Below are positions 61,998 through 64,000 of a stretch of 64,000 nucleotides of DNA, piece after piece. The notes under the pieces are model-generated. The model did no database searches. It was not told the origin of the DNA and saw nothing but the letters and a program-made list of their open reading frames with translations. Positions within the stretch are counted from its first letter, which is position 1, and every line of letters starts with the position of its first letter. The position numbers and the translations under genes are program-made. This DNA comes from Eledone cirrhosa. Its lineage: Eukaryota. The stretch covers positions 73,222,001 through 73,286,000 of the forward strand of contig OZ024740.1 in assembly GCA_964016885.1 (NCBI GenBank), written 5' to 3'.

Positions 61998-62332
61998 TTC
62001 CTGTATGATCTCGTCTCCGATTCTATGTAATATATGTATATGAATGTATATTAATGTTTTACTGTGTTGACCGTCACATTCACTGCCATAGCCTACAGGG
62101 ATTGGAATCGAATTCTGTCGATCGATTGGTTATTGATTGAAGGTACCCATTTATGTGTGTTGTATTGAAGCGAATAACTATGTGTCTATTCTGGGATTTT
62201 ACATAACAGTACCTATTCAGTAGGCTGAGATGCAACCGGAATTAGAAGTAAAACCCATGCTAGTCCCGTCAACTTATTACACACACAGTGTGTCTGTCTA
62301 TCCCCCCCCCTCTCTCTGTGTCTCTCTCTCTT

Positions 62333-62370
<38 letters not shown>

Positions 62371-62396
62371 ATATACATATATATATACACACACAA

Positions 62397-62506
<110 letters not shown>

Positions 62507-62538
62507 GGACACGGACAGACAAACAGATAGATAGACAT

Positions 62539-62611
<73 letters not shown>

Positions 62612-62616
62612 TAGAC

Positions 62617-62659
<43 letters not shown>

Positions 62660-62661
<2 letters not shown>

Positions 62662-64000
62662 TATTTCTTTTATTTGCCACTAGGGCATCAAAAGTGGGAC
62701 AAGTACAAAGGGGGGAGTTTACACAAAAAGGCGTCCTCAATAAGGAGAAGGCAATAACAAAATATAAAAATAAAATAAGATATAACAAAAAATAAAATTT
62801 TTAACAAAATCCTCAATAGAGAGGAGGCGCCTTGGGGGGTCGCACACACCCCCGAAAAAAGTGTGCAACCCTTCTCCTCAGGAGCACAGAGAAGGGGTGC
62901 TCCCTTGGTCTTTCATCTTCCTCACCTATAGTCTGATGTAGAGTGAAGGCCCATTCACACGGGCCATTCTCGCCACTTTCACCCATCTTTCATAGAAACG
63001 GCTGGGGTGCAGTACCTCTCTCTCTCCATCCTGATCCTTCTTCCGAAATGATATCGGAAGAAACGGACCAGTTGTTGGCCAGAGAGAAAGGTGCCCGACC
63101 TCAGTCCTTTCAGACGCGTCCACCATACAACCTCTTTCGCCATGGCTATTACGCACAGAAACACCGCCTCTGCTTCATCTTTGAAGGGGGGAGGCGGCTT
63201 GATCATTACAATAGACTCGGTGGTCAACCGGATCGGTCCCACCCTTGACAGCAGTTGTTCGACATAGCCCCACAGATCGGCTACGCCCGAGCAGTGTACT
63301 AATGCGTGTGCAACGGTTTCCTCGTCGCACACGCATCTGGGACAGATCTTTTTGGCGGGGTCCCTACCCGGGCGCCCGTGTCTGTAGAGCCTTTCTCGAA
63401 CGGGTAAAGCCCCTCGGTAGCACTGCCAGGCCAGGGACTTCTGGAAGTTGTCCATAGGTCCCGGGCTGAATGTCCTACCGAACAGGCTGGCCAGTTCGTC
63501 CTCCTCCATGTCTAGGGCTTCTCCGAGGGCGTCGTCGCACCTGCTGCGTACCAGCCCTCTATAGAATGTTGCGGTGGAGTCTCCACTGATAACCGGATCC
63601 GCCTGCCAGAGGGCGGTGAGCGCCTGGGCACACTCAGTGTGCCAGGCGCCCAGTTTTCTCGGTCTTTGCTTGACCCAGGATTGCAGCTCGGTGAGTGAGA
63701 CGAGTCTGGGAAAGGTTCGTCTCACAAACGAGGCCCACACCGGTTGTCCGGTGAGGAATACGTAGAGGTGCCGTAGCCTTAATGCGTGTTTACGCATCAT
63801 TAGCCACGGCATCCCCAGCCCTCCTTTCGAAGGGTGTTGACAGCAGATGGATCTCCTCACCATAGGAGCCCACCTCTTCCAAAGGAATTGGAAGAGCGCG
63901 CGCTCCATCTTGGTGAGGGTTTCCCTTGGGCAGGGCACTACGGTCAGGCGGTAGTAGATGACGGACGCTATGTAGGTGTTCGCCACCTCCGCCCGACCTT
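62660..64000 (-). mobile_element. Tx1/L1-clade LINE ORF2 C-terminus plus 3' UTR, ending in a (TCTA)n/(TCTG)n tract
   Basis: GRAEVANTYIAS, KGGLGMP, CPRCVCDEETVAHALVHC; 3' terminus gccctagtggcaaataaaagaaat; runs off the window end. Confidence 0.92.

Overview
Repeat-saturated eukaryotic DNA with no intact host gene that I can support. The (TA)n/(TATG)n/(CA)n/(GA)n microsatellite load and the tRNA-derived SINE families suggest a cephalopod (Octopus-like) genome; this is an inference. Recognisable parts: decayed Tx1/L1-clade LINEs (ORF1 at 30-2155; ORF2 3' parts at 54111-55510 and 62660-64000), a 5'-truncated R4/Dong-type retrotransposon in a (TAA)n tract, RTE 3' ends, a bipartite non-autonomous RTE with a candidate HDV-like ribozyme, a mariner relic, a Tc1/mariner MITE, a Helitron 3' end, many SINEs, and two AAC/ACC arrays (2.8 kb and about 18 kb, with higher-order repeats) that read as Thr/Pro mucin-like sequence in one frame. 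The main unexplained signal is in the short unique-looking islands between the (TA)n tracts. They carry at least 12 type I hammerhead-ribozyme motifs (CUGANGA...GAAA...NUH with pairing stems), plus several half motifs, from roughly 10 unrelated non-coding families. Several show tandem or circularly permuted monomers (about 180, 440 and 495 nt). Many insertions are fold-backs with a 3' end facing (TA)n on both sides. This fits a diverse population of non-LTR retrozymes or Penelope-mobilised ribozyme elements. Two families have an octamer (ATGCAAAT) upstream of the ribozyme. All structures were folded by eye; no activity or database search has been tested.
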